A stretch of 60,599 bases of DNA, the filler included, from Sphacelaria rigidula (Eukaryota), in the NCBI GenBank assembly GCA_964200075.2. It is 6 parts of 6 records of this genome, joined end to end, with 100 filler letters (N's around TTAATTAATTAA, not from the genome) between each part and the next. Parts side by side here need not be neighbours in the genome. Positions count along the whole stretch, not along the records: positions 20,236 to 30,252 come from CAXNAA020007315.1; positions 30,353 to 40,368 come from CAXNAA020007316.1; 4 more parts are not named here. The stretch is one strand, 5' to 3'. The position numbers and the translations under genes were made by a program. Shown here one piece after another: positions 24,101 through 37,539 of the stretch (position 1 is the stretch's first letter; each line of letters starts with the position of its first letter). A model generated the notes under the pieces. That model was not told the DNA's origin. It saw nothing but the letters and a program-made list of their open reading frames with translations, and did no database searches.

Positions 24101-27100
24101 CAGGAGCAAATAACCCCGTTTTCTTTTTGTACTTGACCACGAGAAGTTTTGCTGTACTGTGATGGCGTCGAATTCGGTGATACTCATGGCAAGTTTCAAC
24201 TACATGGCGAGCAGCGCCATGCATGGCTTGTGTCTGGAGTTCGTGCGTTTGCGGATGTGAACTTTCCAGAAGTTATCACCACTTGGTTGAAAAGAACTTT
24301 CACATAATAATATCACTTCATATGAGTGTGGACGCCGAAATTCAAATCTCGAATGGGGCGGACAGTCTCAAGTGCTCCCCCATAGCGTGTGTAGTACTCG
24401 TCGATCTGAGTTTTACCAACGCCACACTTTGCCTAGGCTACACTTTCCACACACACCCCTGCCCGAGGGTTCTCGCATGCCTTGGTTAGGGTTGGGCCTA
24501 TGACAGCGTTATCTTATGATGATGAATTTCCGAGGAAGTTAAGTTCTACCAAGTGGCGAACTGACCTCGAGCTTTCACCGTAACCTCGGACTTTCGCGTG
24601 CTCTGTGACATGGGCGCATGGGAAAAATTCAACAGATTGTCAAGTTCACCGTGTACGACCGCGACCCGGGACCCGGAGATGATGACGAGTTGGGCGAGTG
24701 CGAGCTGCCGCTGTCCCTCCTCCAGCCTGACGTGCAGTGCGCGCACAACCTAGTGCTCTCCAACACCAAGAGTGGCAGTCTGCTGATCAAGGCCACGTGA
24801 GACCCTGTTTTGTTGCGTGGCGATGGTTTGAAGCGGCGTACAAGCACTAAACACCTTCAAGTCGTGACTCAGAGTAATGTTGGTGTTGGTAATGAAATCG
24901 CTTGTAGCTCTTTAGTTGTCCTCGTCGTGGCTGAACTGAAAAGGTCACTTATATAACAGTAGCACACCCAGCCTCACCCTGCCTTCAGAGGCTGATAGCA
25001 CCTCTTTTTGCTGGCTTATACTTGGCCCCACTATCACGTCCTCTCCGTTCATCGCCAGGGCGGGAAAATCCATCTGCCTCATACCCCTGATGATGCGAAA
25101 AAAAAAACGTGACAAAAGTGGTACATACTTGAGCATAGTTATGGCGACAGCACGGAGCAACTCAAATATCAACATGACGAAAACATCGCGCTGCGAACCC
25201 GTACTGACAAATCTCGGGACTACAGACCTCGAAATCGGGTAGATGTTGAAATTTAACAGGTGATGCGGCGCTTCTGATGGTATCAAGCGCCAGCTGAGAG
25301 ACGCTGCCCATGAACAGTGGAATGGGCACATTTCACAGTTTACAGGGGATGTGGCACTTCCGTTTGTATCAACCGTCAGCTGAGTGGCGCTGTACGTGTT
25401 TTTTGTGTAACACAGGTACGTGCCGCTAGTTAGCGGGCGGAAGAAGAGCGCCATTGAGGCGGCTGAGGACGAGATCGTGGGGGCAGATGGCGACGCTCTC
25501 ACAGACGACCTTGTGGGTAATGATGCCTACCCTCACTTGGCAGAGGCAAAGGAAGGAAAGGATCCTGGTGCCGTCGTCGCCAAGCCCAAGAAGAAGCGTA
25601 CCGAGGCTGTGGACCCCAGCACGCTTCCGCCTCAAAAGATGCTGAGTGATTCGAGCATGGGTGTGCTGAGCGTGATGGGCATCGAGTGCAAGTGAGGACT
25701 GGTCACATAGATTCTCTTCTTCGGGTTGATTTTCGGGTTGATGTGTTTCTGCGCCGCAAAGTAGGTTGGACAAAACTAAGGGTTGCATCGCCTCTTGTTT
25801 TGTCGTCTGTCGTCACATAAATCTTGACACGTGGTGAGTTGTGTTGCTCCTTCGACAAGTGCATGTGTGGCGTATGAACAATACGTCTCGCGCCCGTTCT
25901 CCGATGCATGACTTAATACACGGCCAGCCATTGGTGCCCTCACAGTACAGCGCTCACCATACTCACAGCATTTTGCAGCTAGCTACCCCGCATTCCAGCC
26001 GTTGCAGATTGCGGTGTAATATTTCAACAAGGATCACGCCGAAACTCCCCGTATTTTAGTATGCAGTCCGTGTTTGTGGAGGGTAGAGAAAACGCTGTTG
26101 TTGTTCCCAGAGTGTTTGCAGAAAGGGCAATTACCGAAAAAACATTTACCTGCCCGTTTTTCGCCCAAGAAAGGTACGCAAACTGACCAGAAATGCTGAA
26201 ACACGAACACACAATCCCGACCGTTTTCGCTCCGAATCTTCTGCACACATCAAGTGGAGGGTTCCTTGGCACCCTAGCCTCGAAAAAAGACTAAAGAAAA
26301 ACAAACATGTTGCTTGCTATATACGGCCATGCCCGAAAGGACGTCTCGTCTCCAGACACCACTTCTCCTTTGTAGGCCATATATCCACCAGGTATACCTG
26401 ATCCAGGGATTCTTCTTCAATCGTGCCTGATACGGCACACTGCGCCCAAGGAGATCAACGCGCCAACTCCAACCATGGCACCCACACATTCGGCTCTTTT
26501 CCCGTCCACTTGCCGTTCACGAACGCCACAGCGATCACGCCCCTTTCTTCCCGGAAATGATTCCCGAGTATTTCCTCATCGAAACAAAAACTCAACTCAC
26601 AACTCATAACGCGTCGGTCTTTTGTGATGAGGCGGGTTGTGAAACACCACCGGTCCGTTGCCATCTCAGGGCTGATGTCAGGGTCAAGCTAGGCTCTCCC
26701 GTCACCAACGGACAGTCATCACATCATCGATGATTGGTACAAGGAATGGAGAAGAACAGTCACGCATTTGTGTACAAACAGGGACAGTACCGTAATAGCG
26801 TTCAGCTCTACAGAGTAACATGCGCTCTAACGTAGGGTGCAAGGTGGCATCAGCACATCGTGGTCTGGTACAGTGAGCTCACAACAATCTGTACACGAGT
26901 AATTCACGATTGACAAACCATACCATGTTTGGCAAACACTCCACTGTTGACTCCGTTTTCTTGTTTAACGGCAGCCAAGCACATGTTTCAAGTCAACGCC
27001 CCCCTCTTTCACTAATTTTTCTTGTGTGCACCCAGGGGAGTCAAGAAGGGGGATCGCTACGTTGCGGTCGTGTGTGGAAACACCAAGCGCAAGACTGCTA

Positions 27101-28849
27101 TCGAGCGCGGTAAGACGTCGTTCGCCTACGCCAACGTATTCCACTTCTTGATCCGTGGGGCTAAGTCTGCAATGGTGGAGGTGTTACTGATGGAGGACGA
27201 GAAGCTTGTCAAGGATAAGATCGTGGGATCTGTCAAGGTGAGGTACCACATGGAACGGCGTAAGGGTGCTGCCGGGTGTTGTTTTCGGAACAGGGCGAGG
27301 ATTCGCAAAGCGAGCCCTGCAGGCGTTGTCCGACGTTTGCCACAGTACTAGCTGATCAGAAGATGAAAAACAACACGCGTGCAGAGTGTGTCTCGGAGCT
27401 GTAGCACAGCCCAGCGCGTGGTCGTCACGTGTCTTGCTTCAAAGGATGACTTGCGAAATGCAACATCTGTGGGGAGATTTGCGTTCTCTGACGAGATTTC
27501 TGTGGTCGAGGCTTGGGGGGCGAACAGGACTTTTCGTGTGTGAATACTTTGTGGCATCGCGACACTCCAGGGCATCGTATTCTTGCTCCCCAGCACCGGT
27601 TTCATATACATCGGAACAGATCACCGGGCGTCGTGTACGATGACTAGACGATGATGCATGCGTCTGAGCGCATGCAGTAAGAATGACTTGAGAAGACATC
27701 CCTGATCAGCGCGTTGCGACTCTGTTGATTTGGATGATAAACCACGTCCTCAGATATACGTGAACGAGGTGATCATCAACGAAGGCCAACTGGATGAAGA
27801 GAGGGACTTCAGTGGCGAGAAGGCGCAGGGCACTATCAAGATGCGCCTGAAGTGAGTCAGTTTGAGCGATCTGAATGGCATGCTTACTGTTGTCTTTGGC
27901 CAGAGATGTCCATGTTGTGTCTCGACCGTGGGTTTGAAAACAAGGGCAAAACAAGGAAAAGATGCCGCTCGAATACGTTTCTTGACGTTTTCTTCGTCCG
28001 CCTCTGCGGAATGGGCGAAACGGATCAAGAGTTTCAGAGGAGCTGCACAAAAGGGTATCCCACGCTGGTTCGGGAGCTGATTCCGACCGCATATAGTCGA
28101 GTCAGGGCTGTTACTTGGAACTAGTATGCTACGACGAGTGGGAACTGTGGGCGTTGATGCTGATTTATACAAAAACTGCAAGTTTGCAGTGCCGGCATGA
28201 GTTGTTGAACTGTATCTAGAAAAGACGCCGGGCGATGAAGTTCACTGCAGTAAGTGTTGTGGTGGCAGCCCGCTGCAAGGTTTTTCTTGATTTAATACTC
28301 GTGTTGCTACTGTTCTCACATTAAAAACCGCTCCGATATCTGTACTGGGCATCTGATGCGGATGCCTTCAGTGGTCACAAGATAACTACCCGAAAGAAAG
28401 TATAAGAAAAAAATAAAATCGGACCCAGAAAAGTCTACACAACCCTAGGCGAGAGAAAAACAAATATGGGAAGGTGATGGTGCTAACCCCATGAGTTCCG
28501 GTGCCGCATGTGACCATTCAGTCTACTGGTGGCAAGGCTCAAAATAACGGTCCACTTACCGCGCGAGGCCGAACAGAATTTGAGCCAGACTCAGGAAGCA
28601 AATCACCAACCATAACGATAGAAAACGCAGGATTCTATCCTTGTGCCTCTAGAGATACAGCCATGTGTACAAATATACTAGGCAAACATGAAAAGCGCCA
28701 GATAACACAGTGCTACACTGGAGCGAGGGTAAAGGGAAAACAGTTTTTCGTGTTCTGTCGGGCATATGTGAATGATTGATCATCAAGTGATACCGTGTGG
28801 CTGTGGCACTTACAGGTGGGCCGGGAAAGAGCAGGACGACGAAGACTGA
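21159..28849 (+). CDS. Extended-synaptotagmin / plant SYT-like protein (SMP lipid-transfer domain + two C2 domains), 5'-partial, 535 aa recovered
   Basis: join(21159-21248, 21559-21693, 22051-22236, 22828-23040, 23560-23641, 23939-24069, 24636-24796, 25416-25691, 27036-27237, 27754-27851, 28816-28849); all GT-AG, phases consistent, 1608 nt ending TGA. SMP motifs LPAWY..ERVEWMNKIVGQMW, SLGTVPPK, FPCFGAIVVTFMEKPFLDF; C2 motifs DLTGKSDPYVK, NTLNPRW, VYDRD..DDELG. Confidence 0.93.
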
Positions 28850-30184
28850 TGGAGCAAGGGCCTAAGTCTTTCGAGAGTAACCAACAATCAAGATTGCGGG
28901 TCGAAATAAGTGGTGATGTCAACCGGAGGCCATTTTCGTGCGGTGTCGGGATTACCTGTGGAAATATATCGCTTCTGTCACACCACGACCGTGGGTGTAG
29001 GGCTTGCGTATACTAGCACAAACCGACGATTGTCTTGGCCACTTTCAGCGATTTGTGCTGGGTAGGAGTAGGAAAGTGAGTTGGGCTCTTTTGACACATG
29101 AGCGGGGGGTTGGCAACCCCGGTTTGTTGTCTTTTAAAGGACGGAAGGAAAGCGTTACTGACTTAGTTTCGCTGATATATGATACGGTGTGTTGGTTGGT
29201 CGGGAGGGTTCAAGGGAAGGAGTTGAGAGTGACGACAGGTGCCCGTTGTTGTGGAGGATAGGGTAGATGATGGATAAAGGTTGTGTCGTGCGCGACCAAC
29301 GCCGATACTGACGGCGGGATAGCGCCAAAATAAAAGAGCAAGCTGTTTCGCATTTCTTACGATGGGAGTACGTGACGTACAATGCGTGAAATGGGCATCG
29401 TAGGATTGGAAACTCCTGGCGTCGGCGTGCCTGTTTTCAAGGAGTTGCTCGAAAATCTTGCCCTTGTCCGTGTCTGCTCACCTGCGTGTCCCTCATCAAG
29501 ATTTTGGTCGTGCTGTGTTTAGCTACTGTACTGTATGTTAGAAATCGCTGCGTTCCTTGTTTTTGTCATGATGAATAATTTCTGCCTCACCCTCACCACT
29601 GCAAAGCCCTATGCTATATGCGCTGGATGAGGTTGCAGTGAGCACAAGACCTGGGTGCATGAATTAGACGAGTAGATAATCGAGTGCAATTTTAAAGGCG
29701 AACTGAAGTTCTGTAGTGGGGTAAACACGTCTACAGTTGCTGTGGCACTGCGCTGTTTCAGGTAGCTAGCTGCAAATCGGCCAAATCCTGAAGATGGTGT
29801 ATCGTAATGTGCACCATATTCAGAAGAAAATCTGTCGAACAATGCAGGCAACAACTGAGTAAAATTTTGGAAACACATACTATCTGCATCCTGTTTTCTC
29901 GAGGTAGCGCCACCACTTCTCGAATCACAACGACACCTTTGTGTACGTCTCGGGACATGGATGGCATGTGCCTCGAATTTCATATCAGCCTTGAGCTGCA
30001 ACTACCCATGAAATCGACGTCGTGACAGGCCATTGGCGCCGGCGTTTTTGAGCCAAATTAGCCTCAGAAACAACTTCAGGGGGACCATGGACCTCGGGGG
30101 GGGGGTCCTAGTGGAGTACATGGCACATGGCATAGCGCATGCGAGCATAGTGGTGGCCACCAATGACTTACACGTAATATATTT

Positions 30185-30252
30185 AACAGTGTTTTCGTGA
30201 GATTGAGAGTAGATGATACGATTGAGAGTGACTTTGATGATTCGCTTTAAGT
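30185..30252 (+). repeat. Terminus of a dispersed repeat (CAGTGTTTTCGTGAGATTGAGAGTAG..., hAT-like end)
   Basis: 30185-30230 is identical over 46 nt to 60531-60576; diverged reverse copy at ~30441-30500. Confidence 0.8.
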
Positions 30253-30352
30253 NNNNNNNNNNNNNNNNNNNNNNNNNNNNNNNNNNNNNNNNNNNNTTAA
30301 TTAATTAANNNNNNNNNNNNNNNNNNNNNNNNNNNNNNNNNNNNNNNNNNNN
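30253..30352. other. Artificial contig-join spacer
   Basis: Same 100-nt linker. Confidence 0.98.
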
Positions 30353-31535
30353 CCCGGGTAGGATATCGACGTGTAGCTGTAAGCACACGCAAGTGATGAA
30401 GGTAAAGAAAAGCACACGTGAAATAAAAAAATTACTCTCTTAAAGCCAATGATCAAAGCCACTCTCAATCGTATCTACTCTGAATATCACGAAAACACTG
30501 CTTTTAGTGGAATGTTACCATGATTCCTACTCTGACGGTGGGTCCCCATCTACTCCACTTCCAACTGCTGGAGATAAAACGACCTTCGATTTATGAAGAA
30601 CGTAGTAGCTACAACTTCGCTTCTGTTCCAAGGTTACCAAATTTCATTGCTCCGCCGATGTCCTAACAGAACGAACTCAGTTTTCGTGGGATCATGTACC
30701 GGACGAACATCCTCTGACCGCGAGGGGGAAGGACCTGCTGAATAGGCAACGATTTTCACTCAAAAAACTATCGGTGGTCCAGATCCCCGAACCGCAGTCC
30801 AAGGGTTATTGGGAAGTGAGAAGCGGTAAAGTAGTGTCCCCTTCCGGTTTTAAAGTTCCCCTCCACAAGGCCCAAAACATTTTCTGTGGTAACTAGCCAG
30901 TGGAACCTCAATGTCCCTGGAAAAGATATTGACGTAGCTGTAATCACACGCCGATGGTGAAGGGAAAAATACACACACACACGGAACGAAAAAATTCGCC
31001 AAGTCTAGGCGAATGAAACGAGGCACTCAATAGGCGCTCTACTATTGACCTTACGAAACGTTTTCCGTGAATCGGCATTTTTTCGAGTCGTTTTCAAATC
31101 AAAATGACCCCGTTTTGCGAAAACAGTTATCGTTGGTGGGTTCCGAAAGGGTTCTAGTTATCTCAAGTGTGGTACACGTACTTCTGACCGATGACACTGT
31201 GTTTTTACCGTTGAGCGGTTCATAGTTCGTCGTGCCCATTCGCTCCAAGATGCCTACACGCGGTTCGGCATGTTGTCATGACGTCTTCACTTGAAACGTA
31301 ATGTCGAGAGACAATCATACCATAAGTAACATCGTTTTCATGAGATGGAGTGTAGAGGATTCGATTGGGTGTGAGGAAAGGTACATGAGTGAATGCATCG
31401 GTTCCGACATGCTCCTTCACGAGACCCGATGTACTTTTTGTAGTAGCCCGTCACTGACGCGTTTAATATCCCCGTGTAGGACATCGACGATTAGCTGTAA
31501 GCCCACGCTAGTGATGGGAGGCAGAGAAGAACCCC
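30353..31535 (+). repeat. Three diverged copies of a repeat with core GATATCGACG..TAGCTGTAA.C.CACGC
   Basis: Cores start at ~30353, ~30915 and ~31470; copies 2 and 3 also align for ~120 nt upstream of the core. Confidence 0.6.
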
Positions 31536-32720
31536 CGCAGAATGAAAAACTGGTACAGTGTAACGTTGAAGCGATCAAGTACAACGCGAATCAGCGGTGC
31601 CCTACTTTCGATCTCACACTGTTGAGTCTCGCTGGACGGTAGCACAAATATGGAAGAGTGCCCGCGTTGTTGGCAATCGGTTGTAATTTTGATCCCCGAT
31701 TCAATACCCCCGACAATCACCCTGGTTCCTCGACCTCTTCCCTCGCTCAGACCCTTCGTTGAGTGGGGCATCATATGGACTTGAGGAATGACTAACGTAG
31801 GACCCAGGTATCCGATACTGACGGTACGGGCGGTTCAAGTGACGAGATCCATCTCAAAGTGAACCCATTTCTGACAAACCCTCATCTCATCGTTCAGACA
31901 GCAGTTGCCGTCGAAACATCAAAAGCTCCATTCCCAACTCGAAATCGAAAGGTTGGTATAAAGGGATGTAAGTGACGCCGTGCGCCTCTCGATTTGCACA
32001 TATCACGATACAAGCGACCATTTCGGGTTGGACTTCGGCATATATCGAGCTGAAACCGCCAAGCAACGAGAAACGCTATGTTTCTCCGATGTTTCTGATG
32101 TGGCATGGCACACGGGAATCACCAGAGATTCAACACCACACTCGACATCGTCGCTGCGGTAGCCAACATAGGCAGTGTAGTGCCCGACCGGAAGAACCCA
32201 CCACTTGTTTCTTCACCTCGTCACATGAGGGAATATCCTTTTTATAGTTTTGTATTTTTTGTACCACCTTCCTCGAAAACTCCGCAACACGGGAGTCAAG
32301 CCACCGACGTGGACGCCAGCCAGCAAGCTAAGTATAGCTAGCTCCCTTCTCGTGAACCACACCCGTCAGAAAAACCCGGGAAAAACCTCTAAACGCGCCA
32401 AGACAAAGCGAAGCAAAGCTCCACAAATAGGAACAGGCACTCTCCCGAGTAATAATAACGAATGCAATTTCGAGTGGATTACAACCAAGGAAACCGAAAA
32501 TGGCCACACCAGCGACAGGAAAACATCTGCCCTATCGCATCGGCGAACGCCTGCTGTTCTCAAGCCGACACAAAATGAGCACTCCTCCGTTGCTGGATGA
32601 GAAAAGGAGGAGTCTGAACGTATCGAAATCTTGCACACAAGCACACGCCACGCTGCACGTTCACGAACGGCACTAGCTTCTCCTTTCCCTGGACTCATCC
32701 TCGGCTGTCCCGCTGCTGGC

Positions 32721-35176
32721 TTATTCCTCTCCCTGATCAATGTTAAGCTTTTCGCTAACGTAGATACCGTCGAGGAACTTACGGATATCCTTCCTCTTGA
32801 CCGAGGTAGACTGCTGGATGCGCGCCGCTGTTCCATCACGTTGCCAAAATCAGGTCACACCGGAGAAATTTTGATACGACACGAAAATACAGGTGGAGGG
32901 ATGGAAAGAATCGAGACAATGAGAGAAAATCAGCGAGAAAAATGCACACACAGTACGGAGTCGACCCAACCGCTCCAGCCTAGATTACCGTCTACTGGAC
33001 TGTATCATCTTATCCGTTTTCTCGCCACAGCCTGGTCCAACGGCGGCTTCGCCTCCAAGACTGGAAATGTGACAGAATTGCCCAACGCTTTTCAAAGAAT
33101 CGAGGGTCCCTTTAAATGTCCCCGAAAAATCCATATCGGGCATCTCCCTCAGAAGTCACCCACACCAACAGCTGTCGAGCAATAGTGGCAAAAAAAAAGC
33201 ATGGGGAGCAGTTTTCCCCCCGTCGGGTTCCACAAACCATGGTTGAACATGCTGTACATATCCCCCTCCAGGAATACGACATCAACCTCAACTCAGACCG
33301 CTGCCCAGGAATCAGAGCGAGAACGCTCGGGCGAAGTAGGGTACACACAGCGCCGATTCGTTGCAGAAGTAAAAGATCCGAATTCAATGGTCGATGTGTT
33401 AACAAGTATGTCACCAATCGACATGATACGGATATTGACATGTGCCTCAAAAGTAGTAGAAATGGTCGCCTGTCCTCGTGATATGACATGCACGGCGAGG
33501 CACCATACACTCATCAACTACTAACTGCTTCACAACGCAGATAGACTCGACATTTTCATGTGTTTCGATTCTTCCCCTCTGCTGAGCATCACCAACTTTC
33601 GTAGTCTTCAGTCATCGCGCTTTTAACCCTTCGGGATACGACACGGAGGATCAGATCACCGTATGATTTTCTTCATATCTTCGTATCCAACGGCACTGTA
33701 AAGGCATAGATGACTCGTCTTTTAGATTTCCGTCAAAACTCCCGCCCACTGGTTTGTTTTCCATTCTGATGACCCAACAGCAATGCGTTTGATTTTGACG
33801 TCCTGACGTGACGGGAGAATTCATCAGTAACGGCTCGAAGTCGACTAAATGGGGGAATGCGCGCCAAACCATAGACGAAATAATAAAAGCGCGGGTTACG
33901 TAGCAGAGACAAGTGCTCGTGAACTGCAGACTGGTTCAGGAAAAGCACACGTGAGGTTGAAATGCGACATGAATGAGTTTGTACCGGTCATGGAAACTGC
34001 CGCGATGTCGATGCCGCTCAACTCGATCTGATCCTTGACATCCGCAGTGCGCACGTAGTCCACACCGGGTGCCAGCTCAACCCTGTTATCCACAATCAAG
34101 AGGTAAAAATCGGAAGACGGAAGACGAATGTCAGCCACATCAAGCAAAAATTGGCATATATGCATGGTGTATGGCCGACAGTATTGGTCGAGATTGGTAC
34201 ACCACCTCCGAGCGGAGTGATGTGTGATATCTGCTCGGTACAAGTGGTATCATTTTTTAGACATGAAACCCACCACAATGCTACGCTGCTTTTCAGGTAC
34301 CTGTTAAACTTCAGAACACGCCTTGAATGCCACCCAGGAACGAGCCCATATCCATGAACGGTCATGACGAGAACCAGCTCGAGATCATATGCCTCCTTGC
34401 TGGACTACCAATACTTGCAGGGTGACGGGATCCAAGACCCACTTCGAATCGCTGACGAGTATCGCGGGCGGCAACTTCGGATGTCAAAGCGAGAATCAGA
34501 ATTACGTCATCCTCTACCCCGGTGCGGAAACTTCACCTGAACCCTCTTCCAATATTCGAATCCCCTCCCCTTCATCCCATTTCCCGTCCAGTTCGTGGCC
34601 CTCCGAACTACAAGACGTCGGGAAGTATCAACATCCATCAATGGGTCAATGAACTCGAGGGAGCTACTTCTCACAGGTTTTCGTGCCATCGCTTTTTTTT
34701 TTTTTTTCGGTAACGTGTCTGGTAAGGAATAGCAGGGACGGTATTGGAAAGGCGAGCCTACGTCCGTGACCACGGGTTCGCGAGATCGGACTTATGTGCG
34801 GAAATAATAATAATAATAATAGTAGAAATAATAATGGGTACATCATGCAAAACGATGGGGCCAATCGCCGCGCTCACTGAAGAAAGCTTGAGGAATCATC
34901 CATTACTCCGGTCATGTAGTGATCCTGGAATCTTCATAGAGCCATTCCAAATCAAACTCTCGTGCCTGTTACGAGTGTATGCATCCCTATTTTAATTTTA
35001 TCTCGCCTGCGGACGCGCTTCTCGCCCAAGAAGTTGCGGATCTCGACGACGCGACCAGTGATCGACACGTTGATGGGGAAGTGAGCGTAACAGAAGCGCA
35101 TCTTGTACAGGTAGCCCTTGGTGACACCAGTCATCATGTTTTCAACGTGCGAGCAGATCGTGCGGATGCAGGCGAG
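32721..35176 (-). CDS. RPL9: 60S ribosomal protein L9 (uL6), 5'-partial, C-terminal 124 aa
   Basis: complement(join(35007-35176, 33985-34082, 32721-32827)): [124 protein letters not shown]. Diagnostic [15 protein letters not shown] and [15 protein letters not shown]. No upstream exons found in the contig. Confidence 0.96.
34690..34835 (+). mobile_element. 3' end of a non-LTR retroelement (LINE/SINE) with (AAT)n tail, intronic and antisense to RPL9
   Basis: ...GTGACCACGGG...CTTATGTGCGGA followed by (AAT)6; short tandem-repeat tails are typical of RTE-type LINEs and partner SINEs. Confidence 0.45.
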
Positions 35177-37539
35177 CTGCGGAGGGTACAGAGAGGTAAC
35201 AGGTACAGGGTACAGGCACGAAGAAAAAGGGAGGGGGCGATATGTTTCGTTTGCGTAGAGGTCATAGTTCAATGTCATCTCAACTATATATGAATGCCGG
35301 GAGGTATCGGCAAACGAAATACCCACATTACTTGACGGTACTTCGCGGTACGAGAGAAGACTGTGAAACATTCATGTCACCACCTCTACATATCTCCGGA
35401 TAGCAAGAGCTCGGTGTGGGGGTAGGTGATATACGTTCAAGTAGTGCATCATGTGACATGTATTCATCGGGTTGTGACAGTCCAGACTTTGCACGGTACA
35501 ATCCCATTTTGTTACGCAATTTACTGGGCATTCACTCGAGAGCAGGCAGTGCGACCGCATCTCGCTACAATTCCATTTCATTTCGGATTCCCGTCGTGCC
35601 TAGCCAAGGGACAGACCCGTTTGCGTATCACATCGAGGGAAAGGGCATGGTGTGAGCAAATGCCGAACATGGAGCATCAAAGCCAAATTGATAGCACTGG
35701 TGATCAGTCACTCTACAGCGCCGTATGACATCTGACGGTGCCATCAAACTACCCCGCGTGGAGACGTACCGCAATACAGGTTCTCGATAAAAACTCATAG
35801 ATACAGAAAGTCATGTCTGACCGTGTCAACCATGACCATCGTCATCCTCCAACACAAGCCGATCTCCACCTCGAGGGCCTCCCTCACGGCGTGCAGGTCT
35901 GATGCCTTCACTGTTCATGATCCCCTTGATCATGACGCTTCCACAGGGGAAACAGTGGTGGTTCCAGCGCCACTATTGCCCAGGCCAACAAAAAGGAAAT
36001 TCAATTTGTTTGGGACCAAACTTTGCGACACATATCGCAAAAGAAGTCGAAGTGTCGTGAGGCGACGACTGTACGCATGGAGAGAATCCGATCTGTCGCA
36101 CCAGCTTTAGCCTCAACATTAAAAAACCATTCGTGACTGTGTTCAATCTCCGTCGCTGCGAACGCAAATCGACTCCCAAACTACGGCGCACGGGCCGGCT
36201 CACATCCAACCAACACTGCTGCACATGTACACCTGTAGTCCATCTTTGTAAACGTATACTTCAGAGTGTAGTTCATTGTATATGGATGGGTGTATTTCGT
36301 CATGGTTCTTCCCCCCGCTCCTGACGTGAGTTCTAGCATGCGGGCCACGCTCGCCAGGGGGTCCTTGGACGTCGAGACCCATCCCGCCTCCGTGAACGGG
36401 ATTGCCTAGCATGTCTTGACGGTTGTATGGGAAAACGAGGTCGAGACGTCACGTGCAATCTCGTCCACTTAGGCGGGGTTGAGCGCGACGTCGGAGAGTA
36501 CCCAGGCGAGAACAGAACGCATGCCGGAGCTCACGGCAGGAGAGGGGGGAGAACGATAACGACATGCACCTAGACATCAATGATTTACACTCCGAAGTAT
36601 GCGCTCACGGAGATATACGTGAGCTTAATGGGTTACTGGATATTCATCCAACTCGAGCGCTCAAGGTATACATTAGCATATTTATCAGTCCTGCGCCAAC
36701 ATGAAACGGAAAAAGAAACGCACACGCACACTGTTTGGAACAGAATCTGAGCTACTTTCATCCCCTTGCGCACTGCTGCAACGCCCAACCCCAGTTCTAG
36801 ACACATGGACTTGTTGATCGTGGTTCAAGTGGCATGTGACGGAAGTTTCAGCGCCTTGTAAAGACGACAGCGCACGTACGACCGTGCATCCCGCGCCGAG
36901 CATCTCCACAGGCAACACCAGGAAAACGTTCACCGATTGTCTCGGAGGGTGCGCCAGTACTGATTCACGTTTGCGAGCACTGCACTCTCCCAGGTGCTCA
37001 TGACTTGGAAGCAAGTGCACCACCATGTCCACATATGCACTCTCTCATGGTGCACAGAATCTGGGCTGCGAGGTAGGCGGCACTTTTGAGGGTGTCATCG
37101 ATGGTATCGCCGTATTCGCTTTTTCAAATTTGCGCAGGGGCCGAAATGAGCCGTTCTCTGCTGCACATACTGCTTGTGTTGTGCAAAGCTTCTACCTAGT
37201 ACAAGCTAGGCCAGCTTGAACCTTTGAAAACCCGTTGACGATTTTTGTTTTTCAAAGTCGGCTTCGTCTTCACTCATTTTCAAGTTAAAGTGATGCCGAC
37301 TCGCAAAAACAAGAATCGTCAGTGGGTTCCGAAACGATTAAAAGCTGCTGAATTTGTTTACGCCACAGTTCCCCCAGTTTCCCGAATGGAACCGATGTGA
37401 GCATATCACTGTCAAGTGTGGACCGACGTGGTGAAACACGGAACCGCCGCCAAGTGAAAAAAATGAAAAGAATGTACTGCACAATGCATTACCTCAACGA
37501 CGGACGAAAAAAAATGGGAACCGGTCGGGATTCGATCTC

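Noticed and set aside
30185..30500. Inverted repeat pair flanking the third spacer, resembling one TIR element spanning a gap
   Set aside because: The halves are on unrelated size-sorted contigs and differ in sequence; coincidence of a high-copy family.
35760..35790. U2 snRNA-like TGTATTGCGGTAC on the minus strand
   Set aside because: The conserved U2 5' half (branch-site GTGTAGTA region) and Sm site are absent.
35820..35990. GPRG-containing minus-strand frame as a missing RPL9 5' exon
   Set aside because: Surrounding residues do not match the L9 N-terminus and no compatible splice sites were found.
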